Positions 1 to 15,609 of a stretch of DNA of 64,000 bases are shown one piece after another. Every line of letters begins with the position of its first letter. The stretch's first letter is position 1. Source of the DNA: Eledone cirrhosa (lineage: Eukaryota); NCBI GenBank assembly GCA_964016885.1, contig OZ024766.1, forward strand, positions 19,654,001 to 19,718,000, given 5' to 3'. The notes beneath the pieces are model-generated. The model searched no databases. It was given only the letters and a program-made list of their open reading frames with translations, and had not been told where the DNA came from. A program made the translations under genes and the position numbers.

Positions 1-327
1 CATAATGACAAACGGGAAGAAATAACTGCAGCATTTCACTGGTATTTCATTTATGGATCTCAAAATATATAAGCAACTTCACCTCAGTGGGATTTGTACT
101 GAGAGAGCTAGGGAGCAGGCACTGAAAATATATCCAGATGTGCACACATATATACACATACGTACACACATACACATACTTATACACACGTAAATATACA
201 TACTCAAATATATATACACACGTAAATATACACTCACATATAGATATACATATACACAAATGTAGGTACAATCATATTTATGGAGAGAAATTTCCACACA
301 CATACATATACACTCATATATATATAC

Positions 328-429
<102 letters not shown>

Positions 430-619
430 TGTTTGTAAATTCTGTACCATACAGATTTGTTAGCACAAGTCTTGGTTACAACTTCTACAAATAAAATTAA
501 AGGAGAAGAATTTCAGAATAAACAAGTTTTATTCAAAATATTAACAACATTGGTGGCACTATTTTGGATGAGTGACATAGTTTTTATCTTGTCTGATTGT
601 GTTGCATTAAGTAATCTTT

Positions 620-1580
<961 letters not shown>

Positions 1581-3011
1581 TCAGTGATATGGTTTCTTAC
1601 ATCTATGGGTACGTTTGTGTCTAGTTAAATGACTACTTACAGAGAATGATTTACCACAGATATCGCAGTGGTATGGTTTCACACCTGTATGGGTACGTAT
1701 GTGGCTAGTTAAGGAACTACTTACAGAGAATGATTTAAGACAGATGTCACAGTGATATGGCTTCTCACCTGTATGTATACGTAAGTGTTTAGTTAAGGTA
1801 TCACTTTGAGGGAATGATTTACCACAGATATCACACTGATATGGCTTCTCTCCTGTATGTATACGATTGTGAGAAATGAAGGCACTACTTACAGAGAATG
1901 ATTTACCACAGATGTCACAGTGGTATGGCTTCTCTCCTGTATGTAGAAGCTTGTGTCTAGTTAAGGTGGTACTAACAGAGAATGATTTACTACAGATATC
2001 ACAGTGGTATGGCTTGTCTCCTGTATGGGTACGTTTATGGTTAGTTAAGTGACTACTTTGAAAGAATGATTTACCACAGATATCACAGTGGTATGGCTTC
2101 TCTCCAGTATGGGTACGTAAGTATTTAGTTAATATATCACTTTGAGAGAATGTTTCATGTTTGTGTCTAGAATGTATACGTTTGTGTCTAGTTAAGGGAC
2201 CACTGTCAGAGAATGATTTACCACAGATATCACAGTGGTATGGCTTCTCACCTGTATGTATACGTTTGTGAGTAGTTACGTTAGAACTTAGAGAGAATGA
2301 TTTACCACAGATATCGCAGTGGTATGGTTTCTCACCTGTATGTATACGTATGTGGCTTGTTAGGGAACTACTTACAGAGAATGATTTACCACAGATGTCA
2401 CAATGATATGGCTTCTCACCTGTATGGATACGTACGTGTTTAGTTAAGTGACCATTATCATAGAATGATTTCCCACAGATGTCACAGTGGTATGGTTTCT
2501 CACCTGTATGGGTACGTAAGTGATTAGTTAAGGTACTACTTACAGAGAATGATTCACCACATACATCACATTGATATGGCTTCTCTCCTGTATGTGTACG
2601 TTTGTGAGAAGTTAAATTACCACTACGAGAGAATGCTTCCCCACAGATGTCACAGTGGTATGGCTTCTCTCCTGTATGTACACGTGTGTGATTAGTTAAT
2701 GTACCACTTCGAGAGAATGATTCCCCACAGATGTTGCAGTGGTATGGTTTCTCACCTGTATGGACACGTTTGTGGAAAGTTAAGTGACCACTTTGAGAGA
2801 ATGATTTACCACAGATATCGCAGTGGTATGGCCTGTCTCCTGTATGGGTACGTTTGTGTGGAGTTAACTGACCACTTTGCGAGAATGATTTACCACAGGT
2901 ATCACAGTGATATGGCTTCTCTCCTCTAGGCTTTGACATCTCTTCTGGAATAGCCATATCTCTAGACAATGTTTCACATTTAATCTCCTTTTCACTCAAT
3001 TTAGTTTCCAT
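1581..3011 (-). CDS. Poly-C2H2 (Kruppel-type) zinc-finger protein, 476 aa, 15 intact fingers plus 1 degenerate finger, single coding exon
   Basis: Tandem YxCxxCGKSF...HxxxH units joined by TGEKP linkers. A candidate acceptor (tttcttatttcag) at 3239-3241 suggests this exon starts at 3238 with a 5' UTR. Confidence 0.93.
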   Translation of the reverse strand: METKLSEKEIKCETLSRDMAIPEEMSKPRGEKPYHCDTCGKSFSQSGQLTPHKRTHTGDRPYHCDICGKSFSQSGHLTFHKRVHTGEKPYHCNICGESFSRSGTLTNHTRVHTGEKPYHCDICGEAFSRSGNLTSHKRTHTGEKPYQCDVCGESFSVSSTLTNHLRTHTGEKPYHCDICGKSFYDNGHLTKHVRIHTGEKPYHCDICGKSFSVSSSLTSHIRIHTGEKPYHCDICGKSFSLSSNVTTHKRIHTGEKPYHCDICGKSFSDSGPLTRHKRIHSRHKHETFSQSDILTKYLRTHTGEKPYHCDICGKSFFQSSHLTNHKRTHTGDKPYHCDICSKSFSVSTTLTRHKLLHTGEKPYHCDICGKSFSVSSAFISHNRIHTGEKPYQCDICGKSFPQSDTLTKHLRIHTGEKPYHCDICLKSFSVSSSLTSHIRTHTGVKPYHCDICGKSFSVSSHLTRHKRTHRCKKPYH

Positions 3012-3899
3012 GTTTCTTCTTCCCTTGGCAGAATTTACAGATGTTATTCTTGTCTAATTTTATATATTATATTCCTGAAGATATTACTTCTGCTATATTT
3101 CCGGCAACGGTGATCTCAGTCAAGACCTGAAGATGATGCAAACTTCTTTCTGATCCAAGTTTAGTTAAGAAATGATGATAAATAGAGGGGATGTATTTAA
3201 GATTAAAAAATAATTTTATCCCAATGTCATCTGATATTCTGAAATAAGAAAGAAACAGTATGAGATAATAGAGAATACTTTAGAAACAGAGATAGATTTA
3301 ACATTGGAAATTTTATATTTCTATATTGATAAACTGTAGATATCAACTTTCCTGTCCAGAGTTATTCTCTCCAATGTAAGCAGTGATATTCCACGATGCT
3401 CTATAAACTATATCCTTCTAACTCTTGGGAGGTCTGCTCTATAGCCTTTACCCAAGAACTTCATTCTTATATGACATTCTAACATGGTAATTGTCTGAGA
3501 CCTGAGATGTGTAACTTGACAGTTCCTTGAGTAACAGTTCTTTCTACCTGGAAGGGGAAAAGTGTTGTGTAATTGCTTGGTAACAGTCAAAGGATTCTCA
3601 CACATGGCTACCCTAGGCACCCCAATAACATGACTTGTGTTAGGCTTGTAGACACAATTAGTGGGAATTTTTATTCGTAGGGATTACATAATTTTAGGGC
3701 TATTTTTTATCTTTTCTGTTTGGATGCTTTTCCACTCATCAACCACTTTACAGCAAGGACTGGGTGTATTGTTTGTGGCACTAGAGAGGTTATTTTAATG
3801 GTTTTAAGGGCTCTATACCCAGTATCAGTTTATAGTTAAGGTATCTACAATGATAATGATATATATATATATATATACATATATGTATGCACATATATC

Positions 3900-3931
<32 letters not shown>

Positions 3932-4205
3932 TGTATGCACATATATCTATATATATATATATACACATATGTATGCACATATATCTATATATATATATAT
4001 ACACATATATGTATGCACATATATCTATATATATATACACATATATGTATGCACATATATCTATATCTATATATATATATATACACATATGCACATATAT
4101 TTATATATATACATATATATATGCACATATATTTATATATATATATACATATATATATGGACATATATTTATATATATATATACATATATATATGGACAT
4201 ATATT

Positions 4206-4260
<55 letters not shown>

Positions 4261-4365
4261 TTTTTCAAGATATGTCAACATGAAAGGACCTGTTATTTTC
4301 ATCTAAAGACATTTCTTCCAATTCCACCCCACCCGTCCCCTCGATCTATCTTATTTCTCATTCTT

Positions 4366-4401
4366 TCTTCTGATGAAGGACTAGCATCCGAAACGTTAAG
4401 A
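4366..4401 (+). ncRNA. Minimal type I hammerhead ribozyme motif (Penelope-like)
   Basis: TCTT-CTGATGA-A-GGA(ctagca)TCC-GAAA-CGT-T-AAGA; stem I TCTT/AAGA, palindromic stem III ACGT. Confidence 0.65.
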
Positions 4402-4992
4402 CGCTCTTCCTGCTATATCAAGCGTTAACCTAATATATACCTTCCATATACTGTACTGATTCTGTTGTTCTTTCTGTTTACCTTTTACATATATATATAT
4501 ATATATATATATACAACGATATTAACAAATGGAAACTATATTTATAAAACCATATTTATTTCATCATACATATTTCAAGGGCCACCAAGGCAAATTATGG
4601 TGCACTTTCATCAGATAAAATATAATATAGATTAGTTTTATAAATAAATATTGACATACCCTGAAAAAAGACAACTTTAACGGTTGGAGTCTCCTGGAAA
4701 CCTTTTTTTTTTTTAGGGTATGTCAATATTTATTTATAAAACTAATCTATATTATATTTTATCTGATGAAAGCGCACCATAATTTGCCTTGGTGGCCCTT
4801 GAAATATGTATAATGAAATAAATATGGTTTTATAAATATAGTTTCCATTTGTTAATATATTGTGTATTTACTCCACTAAGCTGTTGAGTGCTTTATATCA
4901 GTTATAAAAATATTTGCTTGTTGTATCCCAACAAATTAAATATAACATCTACACACACACACACATATATATATATATACACTGTGTACAGG

Positions 4993-5445
<453 letters not shown>

Positions 5446-5478
5446 TGATATATAATATATATATATACACTGTGTACA

Positions 5479-5550
<72 letters not shown>

Positions 5551-5619
5551 TGTGTACATGATATATTATGCAGTATATATGATGTTGTCCAAGAGAAATG
5601 CTATGGAAGCTTGGTAATA

Positions 5620-6556
5620 GTAACACAGCTACGTCATAATGTCGTAATGCAGACAGCCAGGCATACAGACAGATATTATAAGGGCGTAACGTTATATCTA
5701 TGTATCTATCTAAAAAGAGAAAGACTAAGAGTTATAGAGAGAGATCGCTAAATCGCCCAATGCGGTCCCTAGGGCATTGAAAATTTGAAATTTTCTTTGT
5801 TCAAAACACTCACAGGACCACAAGTATTACATGTGTAAAGTTCGAAAACAATCGGTTGGGTGGTTCTTGAGTTTTAATGGCCCGGTGTTGCTTGGGATTT
5901 GCTCTATATTTATCCTTATCGAGCCTCGTGAAATAAATACGTTTGTTTATATTTTGTTATTGTGTATGGAAAAATATCTGTACACGAGTATATAATGATA
6001 TATATATATATATATATATGTGTGTATATGTATGTATATATACCAGCGGTGGTACCCGGCGTTGCACGGGATAAGGTATTTTGGAACGCTGGCCGCCAAC
6101 AGACCTAATCGTGGAAGAACTGCATGCCTGGACAATATGTAAAGAAAATAAACCGAATACTCTGATGGCTGGATAATCTTTAAGATTTTCCCCGATGAAG
6201 CAGGAAATATGTAGGTTTTCACCTAATGCCTTGAAATTTCGGGAAAATCGGCTAGACGTAACGCCTCAAAAAAACCCTAAAAAGCTGAAAAAATGAAGGC
6301 CATAAAAAAGATGGATTTTCTTTGCTCACAGTATGAAGAAGAGACTGACTAATACGTAGTTACAATTTCAAGGAGATCGGTCTGAGGTAACGCCTCAAAA
6401 AACCCTTAAAAAGCTGGAAAAAATGCAGTTTTCCACCTAATGGGGGATCAAAATGTTGAATTTTTTTATGTGCATAACACTCCCTGAAATATAAGTAATA
6501 CACATGTAAAGTTTGAAAAAGATCGGTTGGGTATTTCTCGGGTTTCACACACACAT
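5620..6556. mobile_element. Helitron/Helentron-like non-autonomous fragments; 5625-5880 is repeated at 8745-9000
   Basis: Terminal hairpin ACCAGC...ACCCGGCGTTGCACGGG at ~6042-6070 (related end inverted at ~57395-57424) and AAATCGGTTG motifs. Confidence 0.5.
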
Positions 6557-7135
6557 GGTGGCTGCCAACTCGTTTTCGAGTACGGCCACTACTTTATATC
6601 CATGTAGGAGAACCCCTACCGATGCGCTGAACGAGTGTGACTTTTTAGTCCAGCCAGTGACTTGAAAACTCTGGTACAAAGACTACACTTGTGACAATTA
6701 TTGACACATAGTGCTGGGCCCATGGTACCTTGTGACGACAAGTGCAGAGAGATCTCCAGACATAAAGCAATGCCTGTGCCGTGAAGCTTTTATAGTGAGC
6801 AAAGGCACTGCACAAAGCCAGTCCCACTCTCTTAACCAAGATGATATTTACCAAAAAGAAGAACAAGTCAACATCATTGGATACCATCAGGGTTGCAGGT
6901 GTTATATCAGAGTTTTCCTTCTCCTAGAATTCTGCCTTGACAAAGGCTAAGGGGTCATCTCTCCCGGTGATTTTGGATGGCCATTGACTCTTAAGAGCTC
7001 CTTTGCCTTTTGACAGGTTTTGTTTTTAGTCCTGCAGGATGTCCAAAGTCACCCTCCCCACCAAGAAACCTTGGTGGGGTTGCCAGTTTAGTCGCCAACG
7101 ACCCGACCATGGGACAGGTTGTACTGGGATACAGT
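6557..7135 (-). mobile_element. Non-autonomous retroposon-like dispersed repeat with (TATG)n tail; near-identical copy at 50555-51192
   Basis: Two ~600-bp copies 44 kb apart, giving near-identical spurious 79-80 aa ORFs. Confidence 0.75.
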
Positions 7136-7523
7136 ACATACATAATACATACATACATACATCCTTCCTCAGTGTTTAAATAACAGATTAAAGTTTAAGC
7201 AAAGAATCGCTGCTTTCACCCTTAACGGCATTTTCTGAAACTAAAAAAAAATCAATCTGTGAACGCAGAAGTAAATATTTCGAAAAATGTTTCACACTAT
7301 ATATATATATATCTAAACGGCCTTGATTAAAGTTTAAGCAAAGAATCGCTGCTTTCACCCTTAACGGGATCTTCTGAAACCAACAAAAAAATCACCACCA
7401 CCCCCCCAACACACATAATACATACATACATACACACACACAAAACACACACATACATAATACATACATAATACATACACACATACATACATAATACATA
7501 ATACATATATAATACATACATAC

Positions 7524-7700
7524 ATAATTGTTTCTACTTTTGGCACAAGGCCAGCAATTACCCAGTAGATTACTGGTACTTTATTTTATCGACCCCGTAA
7601 GGATGAAAGGCAAAGTTAACCTCGGCGGGATTTGAACTCAGAATGGCAAGGGCCGTAACTCTATACGTCAAAACATGGCGTCCGACCCTCTACCGATACA
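7524..7700 (-). mobile_element. Second tRNA-derived SINE family (Meta-domain-like); other copies at ~20145-20960, 25030-25185 (+), 28016-28640 and 57160-57345
   Basis: B box GAGTTCAAATCC followed by TTTGCCTTTCATCCTTACGGGGTCGATAAAATAAAGTACCAGT. Family name from recall only. Confidence 0.7.
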
Positions 7701-8675
7701 TACATACATAATACATACATACATACAAAATACATACATACATAATACATACATACATACATACAAAATACATACATACATAATACATACATACATACAT
7801 ACAAAATACATACATAATACATACATACATACATACATAATACATACATACATACAAAATACATACATACATCATACATACAAAATACATACATACATAC
7901 AAAATACATACATACATAATACATACATACATACATACATACATACATAATACATACATACATACATAATACATAATACATACATAATACATAATACATA
8001 CATCCTATATATATCTATATATATATATATATATAGATATAGATATAGATCAGATTAAAGTTTAAGTAATGAATCGCTGCTTTCACCCTTAACGGGATCT
8101 TCTGAAACTAGAAAAAAAAATCAATCTGTGAACGCAGAAGTGAATATATCGAAACATGATACAACTGAAGGAAGACAGGAAGACCTTACTTTGATCCGTG
8201 AAGACGTTTCTAGGCAATGAACGGGAAAATGCGAAGATAATACGTCATAAATATTCAGACAAACAGACAGATGTTATTATAAGGCTGCAGTTAATATCTT
8301 TAGACCGCAAGGAATATATAAAAGCAAGTTTGAAGTAGAAATGTGGATTTGTATAGACTTTACAAAAATGAAGGGGACACACACATATACACACAGACAA
8401 CTACAGTTTTATATATATGTAGGTGTTGAGTAATATTGTAGAACAATAAAACTAGGCATATATATCAGATAAGTAGCACTCAACAGTTGGTAGAACTGGA
8501 GTATATATATATATTAAAGAAGAAATTAAAAGATGGTTAAATAACTTCCATAATAATATTATATATATCTATATATATATATCTATATATATATATATAT
8601 ATATATATATAGATATATAAAATTTAAAAAAATCAATCTGTGAACGCAGAAGTAAATATTTCGAAAAACGTTACA

Positions 8676-8721
<46 letters not shown>

Positions 8722-9788
8722 TATATATACATATATACACACACACAGCTACGTCATATTGCAGACAGCCAGGCATACAGACAGATATTATAAGGGCGCA
8801 ACGTTATTTCTATGTATCTATCTAAAAAGAGAAAGACTAAGAGTTATAGAGAGAGATCGCTAAATCGCCTAATGTGGTCCCTAGGGCATTGAAAATTTGA
8901 AAAATTTTTTGCTCGAAACACTCACAGGACCATAAGTATTAAATGTGTAAAGTTTAAAAACAATCGGTTGGGTGGTTCTTGAATTTTAGTGATTGAACAG
9001 ACAGGCATCCTGTTTTAGATATATAGATAAAAATGGAAGAAATATATTTTTCTAATGTTGTTATATATATTTTCACTTGTATATAATTACTGGATCGTTG
9101 TAGGGGTCACATAATTATATTATTTACACACATTAATATAGACATTAAGTAAATCTTTGTCAACTTACCTCCTTCACATATAATCAATGTGTTGTGTTGT
9201 TAGTTGTTACTAAACAACCAAAGAAATAATCTCTTTGTTATCAAATTAGAAGTTTCAATGTTATCAGCTTTATTTCACGACATTAACGTTGGTGTATCTT
9301 CTTCATCTTTAGTCATAAATTGATATCTTGTCAGAATGAAGTAGTGAGGCTGACTTTATGTCTTTAGCTACAGATTTGATAGGAAATATATATATATTAG
9401 GTTGATATGTGGTCTAAAATATATATATTGTCTATAAATGACTGATAGCAGATGTTCTGGTGAAATAGTAGTTTTACTACTACAGATTGTAATGGAACTC
9501 TTAGTAGACACAATTGTAAAGTAAGAATAGATATGACAGTGTAAGACAGATGTCGGGGAATTAAACTTGTGTATATATATATATATATATATAATTGTTT
9601 CACAAGATATAATTAGATTAATTACAGTTATAATGAAGACAGCAGGTACTTGGTGTCGTTGACAATGTTGCAGCTCTCTTACCGGTGTCGTACGTTAAAA
9701 GTCCCTGATATAATTTAAAACCTTCAGACACAGTTCCAATCGTATTTAATTTATGGTAAATCAGAAAGTATCACTCAGGAAAATATCG

Positions 9789-9833
<45 letters not shown>

Positions 9834-10003
9834 ATAAGAAAACCTCTACGTAGTCTCTCTAACTGCTAGAAATAGCAGTGATATTATCCATTACAACTTA
9901 GTTTTTTTGTTTAAAACCTCCAAAGTTTAGTTATACAATCAACAGCAAATCTTTTGTTCAGACTTCGAAATAAACTGGGAGACCGTCAGAATATCATTCT
10001 ACT

Positions 10004-10063
<60 letters not shown>

Positions 10064-10605
10064 CATACAAATGCACATATATATATATATATATATACAT
10101 ACATACGCACACACATATATATATCGAGGGAGTGTAAATTAGAGTTACACTCCCTGAAGATATATATAAATATATATATATACACATACACACATATATA
10201 TATATACATACATACATACGCACACATATATATATGTGTGTATGTATATATATATACACATACTTACGCACACACATATATATATGTATGTATATATATA
10301 TGTGTGTGTATATATATATATATACATATATATACACACATATATATATACATACATACGCACACACACACATATATATATATGTGCGTATGTATGTATA
10401 TATATACACACATACACACATATATATATACATACATACGCACACATATATATATGTGTGTGTGTGTGCGTATGTATGTATATATATGTGTGTATATATA
10501 TATATATACATACATACGCACATATATATTTATATTTGTGTGTGTGTGCGTATGTATGTATATATATGTGTGTATGTATATATATATATATATACATACA
10601 TACGT

Positions 10606-10646
<41 letters not shown>

Positions 10647-10907
10647 AGTATATATATATATATCCAGGGGATATATATATACACACAGTTAAAGTAGGTT
10701 CATCCGGAAGACCAGTCGTTGTTTAGGTCCACTTCAGTGTCGAGGTGTAGAGCTAGACAGAGTGTGTATAGTGAAATAAGATAACAAGGACAATTGGTTA
10801 CTCCTTCATTATGTTTATTGGTTGGTGACGTGCGTTTAGCCACTGATCAGCTCAAGGTTCGTCCTGTATATATATATATAAATACACACATATATATATA
10901 TATATAT

Positions 10908-10989
<82 letters not shown>

Positions 10990-10991
<2 letters not shown>

Positions 10992-12615
10992 TTGGATGCC
11001 CTTCCTAACACCAACCTCATTTACAGTGAGTGCTGGGTGCTTTTTTAGCCATGGAAGCTCTACATCCACTTTACGGTGTGGGCTGGGTACTTTTTGTTGT
11101 GACACCTACATGACCACTTTACAGTGTGGACTGGGTACTTTTTGTCATGACACCTACATGACCACTTTACAGTGTGGACTGGGTACTTTTTGTCATGACA
11201 CCTACATGACCACTTTACAGTGTGGACTGGGTACTTTTTGTTGTGACACCTACATGACCACTTTACAGTGTGGACTGGGTACTTTTTGTTGTGACACCTA
11301 CATGACCACTTTACAGTGTGGACTGGGTACTTTTTGTTGTGACACCTACATGACCACTTTACAGTGTGGGCTGGGTACTTTTTGTTGTGACACCTACATG
11401 ACCACTTTACAGTGTGGACTGGGTACTTTTTGTCATGACACCTACATGACCACTTTACAGTGTGGACTGGGTACTTTTTGTTGTGACACCTACATGACCA
11501 CTTTACAGTGTGGACTGGGTGCTGTTTGTCACGACACCTACATGACCACTTTACAGTGTGGACTGGGTACTTTTTGTTGTGACACCTACATGACCACTTT
11601 ACAGTGTGGACTGGGTACTTTTTTGTTGTGACACCTACATGACCACTTTACAGTGTGGACTGGGTACTTTTTGTTGTGACACCTACATGACCACTTTACA
11701 GTGTGGACTGGGTACTTTTTGTTGTGACACCTACATGACCACTTTACAGTGTGGGCTGGGTACTTTTTGTTGTGACACCTACATGACCACTTTACAGTGT
11801 GGACTGGGTACTTTTTGTTGACACCTACATGACCACTTTACAGTGTGGACTGGGTACTTTTTGTTGTGACACCTACATGACCACTTTACAGTGTGGACTG
11901 GGTACTTTTTGTTGTGACACCTACATGACCACTTTACAGTGTGGACTGGGTGCTGTTTGTTGTGACACCTACACGACCACTTTACAGTGTGGACTGGGTG
12001 CTATTTGTCGTGACACCTACATGACCACTTTACAGTGTGGATTGGGTACCTTTTGTTGTGACACCTACATGACCACTTTACAGTGTGGACTGGGTACTTT
12101 TTGTTGTGACACCTACATGACCACTTTACAGTGTGGACTGGGTGCTTTTTGTTGTGACACCTACATGACCACTTTACAGTGTGGACTGGGTACTTTTTGT
12201 TGTGACACCTACATGACCACTTTATAGTGTGGATTGGGTACCTTTTGTTGTGAGACCTACAAGACCACTTTACAGTGTGGACTGGGTCCCTTTTGTTGTG
12301 ACACCTACATGACCACTCTACAGTGTGGACTGGGTGCTATTTGTCGTGACACCTACATGACCACTTTACAGTGTGGACTGGGTACTTTTTGTTGTGACAC
12401 CTACATGACCACTTTACAGTGTGGGCTGGGTGCTTTTTGTGGTGGCACCTCCACGACCACTTTACAGTGAGTGCTGGGTGCTTTTTTGCCGTGGCACCCC
12501 CACGACCACTTTGCAGTGGAATGATATGGACCCCAGTCCCTATCATCTCATTTCTACAGCTGAGTAAACTGGAGCAATGTGAAATAAAGTGTCTTGCTCA
12601 AGGAAACAACACATG
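10990..12615 (-). repeat. Same SINE with its internal unit expanded to ~30 copies of a diverged 48-bp variant
   Basis: (TGTGACACCTACATGACCACTTTACAGTGTGGACTGGGTACTTTTTGT)n flanked by SINE body sequence. Confidence 0.85.
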
Positions 12616-12838
12616 ACCCAGTCTGAGATGTGTTGTTTCCTTCTATAAAATATGTATTTGGTCTATATATACAATATACCGTCTTTCGTACACAATATAT
12701 GACTCTTTCTCTCTATATATATATATATTTATATATAAATACATATATCTTTTTCATTTGGATTATTATGTCTCTGGATAAAGTCCATTGAGCTTATTGA
12801 GAAAAACAAGATTCTAATATATTTGATGTTTTGATTCA

Positions 12839-12869
<31 letters not shown>

Positions 12870-13119
12870 CAGTGGTTAGATTTAACTTTAAAATTTTTAT
12901 AACTGATATAAAGCACTCAACAGTTAGTGGAGTAAATACACAATATATTAATAAATGGAAACTATTTATAAAACCATATTTATTTTATTATACATATTTC
13001 AAGGGCAACCAAGGCAAATTATGGTGCGCTTTCATCAGATAAAATACAGATTTGTTTTATAAATAAATATTGACATACCCTGAAAAAAAGCTGGATATAT
13101 ATATATATATATATATCCA

Positions 13120-14420
13120 TGGAGGTACATGGGCTTGCCATCGAAAGGTTGTGAGTTCAATTCTCAGACGGGGTGATGTGTTGTTTCCTTGAGCAAGACA
13201 CTTTATTTCACATTGCTCCAGTTTACTCAGCTGTAGAAATGAGATGATAGGGACTGGGGTCCCTATCATTCCACTGTAAAGTGGTCGTAGAGGTGCCACG
13301 GCAAAAAAAAAAAAAAAAAAGCACCCAGCACTCACTGTAAAGTGGTCGTGGAGGTGCCACGGCAAAAAAGCACCCAGCACTCACTGTAAAGTGGTCGTGG
13401 AGGTGCCACGGCAAAAAAGCACCCAGCACTCACTGTAAAGTGGTCGTGGAGGTGCCACGGCAAAAAAGCACCCAGCACTCACTGTAAAGTGGTCATGGAG
13501 GTGCCACGGCAAAAAAGCACCCAGCACTCACTGTAAAGTGGTCGTGGAGGTGCCACGGCAAAAAAGCACCCAGCACTCACTGTAAAGTGGTCGTGGAGGT
13601 GCCACGGCAAAAAAGCACCCAGCACTCACTGTAAAGTGGTCGTGGAGGTGCCACGGCAAAAAAGCACCCAGCACTCACTGTAAAGTGGTCGTGGAGGTGC
13701 CACAGCAAAAAAGCACCCAGCACTCACTGTAAAGTGGACGTGCCACGGCATAAAAAGCACCCAGCACTCACTGTAAAGTGGTCGTGGAGGTGCCACAGCA
13801 AAAAAGCACCCAGCACTCACTGTAAAGTGGTCGTGGAGGTGCCACGGCAAAAAAGCACCCAGCACTCACTGTAAAGTGGTCGTGGAGGTGCCACGGCAAA
13901 AAAGCACCCAGCACTCACTGTAAAGTGGTCGTGGAGGTGCCACGGCAAAAAAGCACCCAGCACTCACTGTAAAGTGGTCGTGGAGGTGCCACGGCAAAAA
14001 AGCACCCAGCACTCACTGTAAAGTGGACGTGGAGGTGCCACAGCAAAAAAGCACCCAGCACTCACTGTAAAGTGGTCGTGGAGGTGCCACAGCAAAAAAG
14101 CACCCAGCACTCACTGTAAAGTGGTCGTGGAGGTGCCACGGCAAAAAAGCACCCAGCACTCACTGTAAAGTGGACGTGGAGGTGCCACGGCAAAAAAGCA
14201 CGTAGCACTCACTGTAAAGTGATCGTGGAGGTGCCACGGCAAAAAAGCACGTAGCACTCACTGTAAAGTGGTCGTGGAGGTGCCACGGCAAAAAAGCACC
14301 CAGCACTCACTGTAAATGAGGTTGGTGTTAGGAAGGGCATCCAGCTGTAGAAATCAAGCCAGAACCGGTTCCCGTCCCACCCTTGCAAGCAGTGAAAAGG
14401 GGACGTAAAATGAAATGATG
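13120..14420 (+). repeat. SINE with 49-bp minisatellite array (~21 copies)
   Basis: (GCACCCAGCACTCACTGTAAAGTGGTCGTGGAGGTGCCACGGCAAAAAA)n between SINE head and tail. Confidence 0.9.
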
Positions 14421-14609
14421 ATATATACATATATTACTTCAAAATATTAATAAATATAGACATTCATGTTATCAAATATATTTTATTATACATATTTCAG
14501 AGGTACTGTGGTGTTTCCTCAGTACGTCCTCATCAGATAAAATAAATTGATGTCTGACATACCTCAACTGTGCTGATAGTCCAATTCCAGTCTAACCTTG
14601 TTAAACTTG

Positions 14610-14653
<44 letters not shown>

Positions 14654-14668
14654 AATATATATATATTA

Positions 14669-15248
14669 TATCATCATCATTTTACGTCCGCTTTTCCCTG
14701 CTTGCAAGGGTGGGACGGGAACTGATTCTGGCTTGATTTCTACAGCTGGATGCCCTTCCTAACACCAACCTCATTTACAGTGAGTGCTGGGTGCTTTTTT
14801 TGCCGTGGCACCTCCACGACCACTTTACAGTGAGTGCTGGGTGCTTTTTTGCCGTGGCACCTCCACGACCACTTTACAGTGAGTGCTGGGTGCTTTTTTG
14901 CCGTGGCACCTCCACGACCACTTTACAGTGAGTGCTGGGTGCTTTTTTGCCGTGGCACCTCCACGACCACTTTACAGTGAGTGCTGGGGGCTTTTTTGCC
15001 GTGGTACCTCCACGACCACTTTACAGTGAGTGCTGGGGGCTTTTTTGCCGTGGTACCTCCACGACCACTTTGCAGTGGAATGATATGGACACCAGTCCCT
15101 ATCATCTCATTTCTACAGCTGAGTAAACTGGAGCAATGTGAAATAAAGTGTCTTGCTCAAGGAAACAACACATCTCCCGGTCTGAGAATTGAACTCACAA
15201 CCTTTCGATTGCAAGGCCAATGCTCTAACCACTAAGCCATGTGCCTCC
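14669..15248 (-). mobile_element. Full-length SINE with ~6 internal 49-bp units
   Basis: tRNA-like head at ~15175-15248, tail and (CAT)n at 14669. Confidence 0.85.
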
Positions 15249-15609
15249 AACGAAGGAAATGTGGTAAGGAACCAGGTGGACCATAACGCACCAAAGTACT
15301 CAATACTTAGGGTAGTAGAGTGGGTAACAGGAACGAGTAGGACCCCAACGGCAGAGCTCAAGCCGTTTCGAAGGCTAATTCTGTCCAGAATTAGCCGTCG
15401 AAACGGCTTGAGCTCAGCCGTCGGGGTCCTACCCGTTCCTTAGGAGTTGTATTTAATTTGTTGGAATTCCGAAAAACATGTTTATAACTGATATAGAGCA
15501 CTCAACAATGTTACTGGAGTAAAGTAATTTATTATTTTATTTTTCAAACTTTCGGTTGTCAAAACTAGGGTGTGACCACAAGGTGGAAGTGTCTTCTGCG
15601 CCGAGAAAT

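Noticed and set aside
11040-12500. CRISPR-like periodicity and Cys-rich ORFs ([16 protein letters not shown])n resembling metallothionein
   Set aside because: No unique spacers, eukaryotic context, and the unit is a SINE-internal 48-mer that happens to be a multiple of three.
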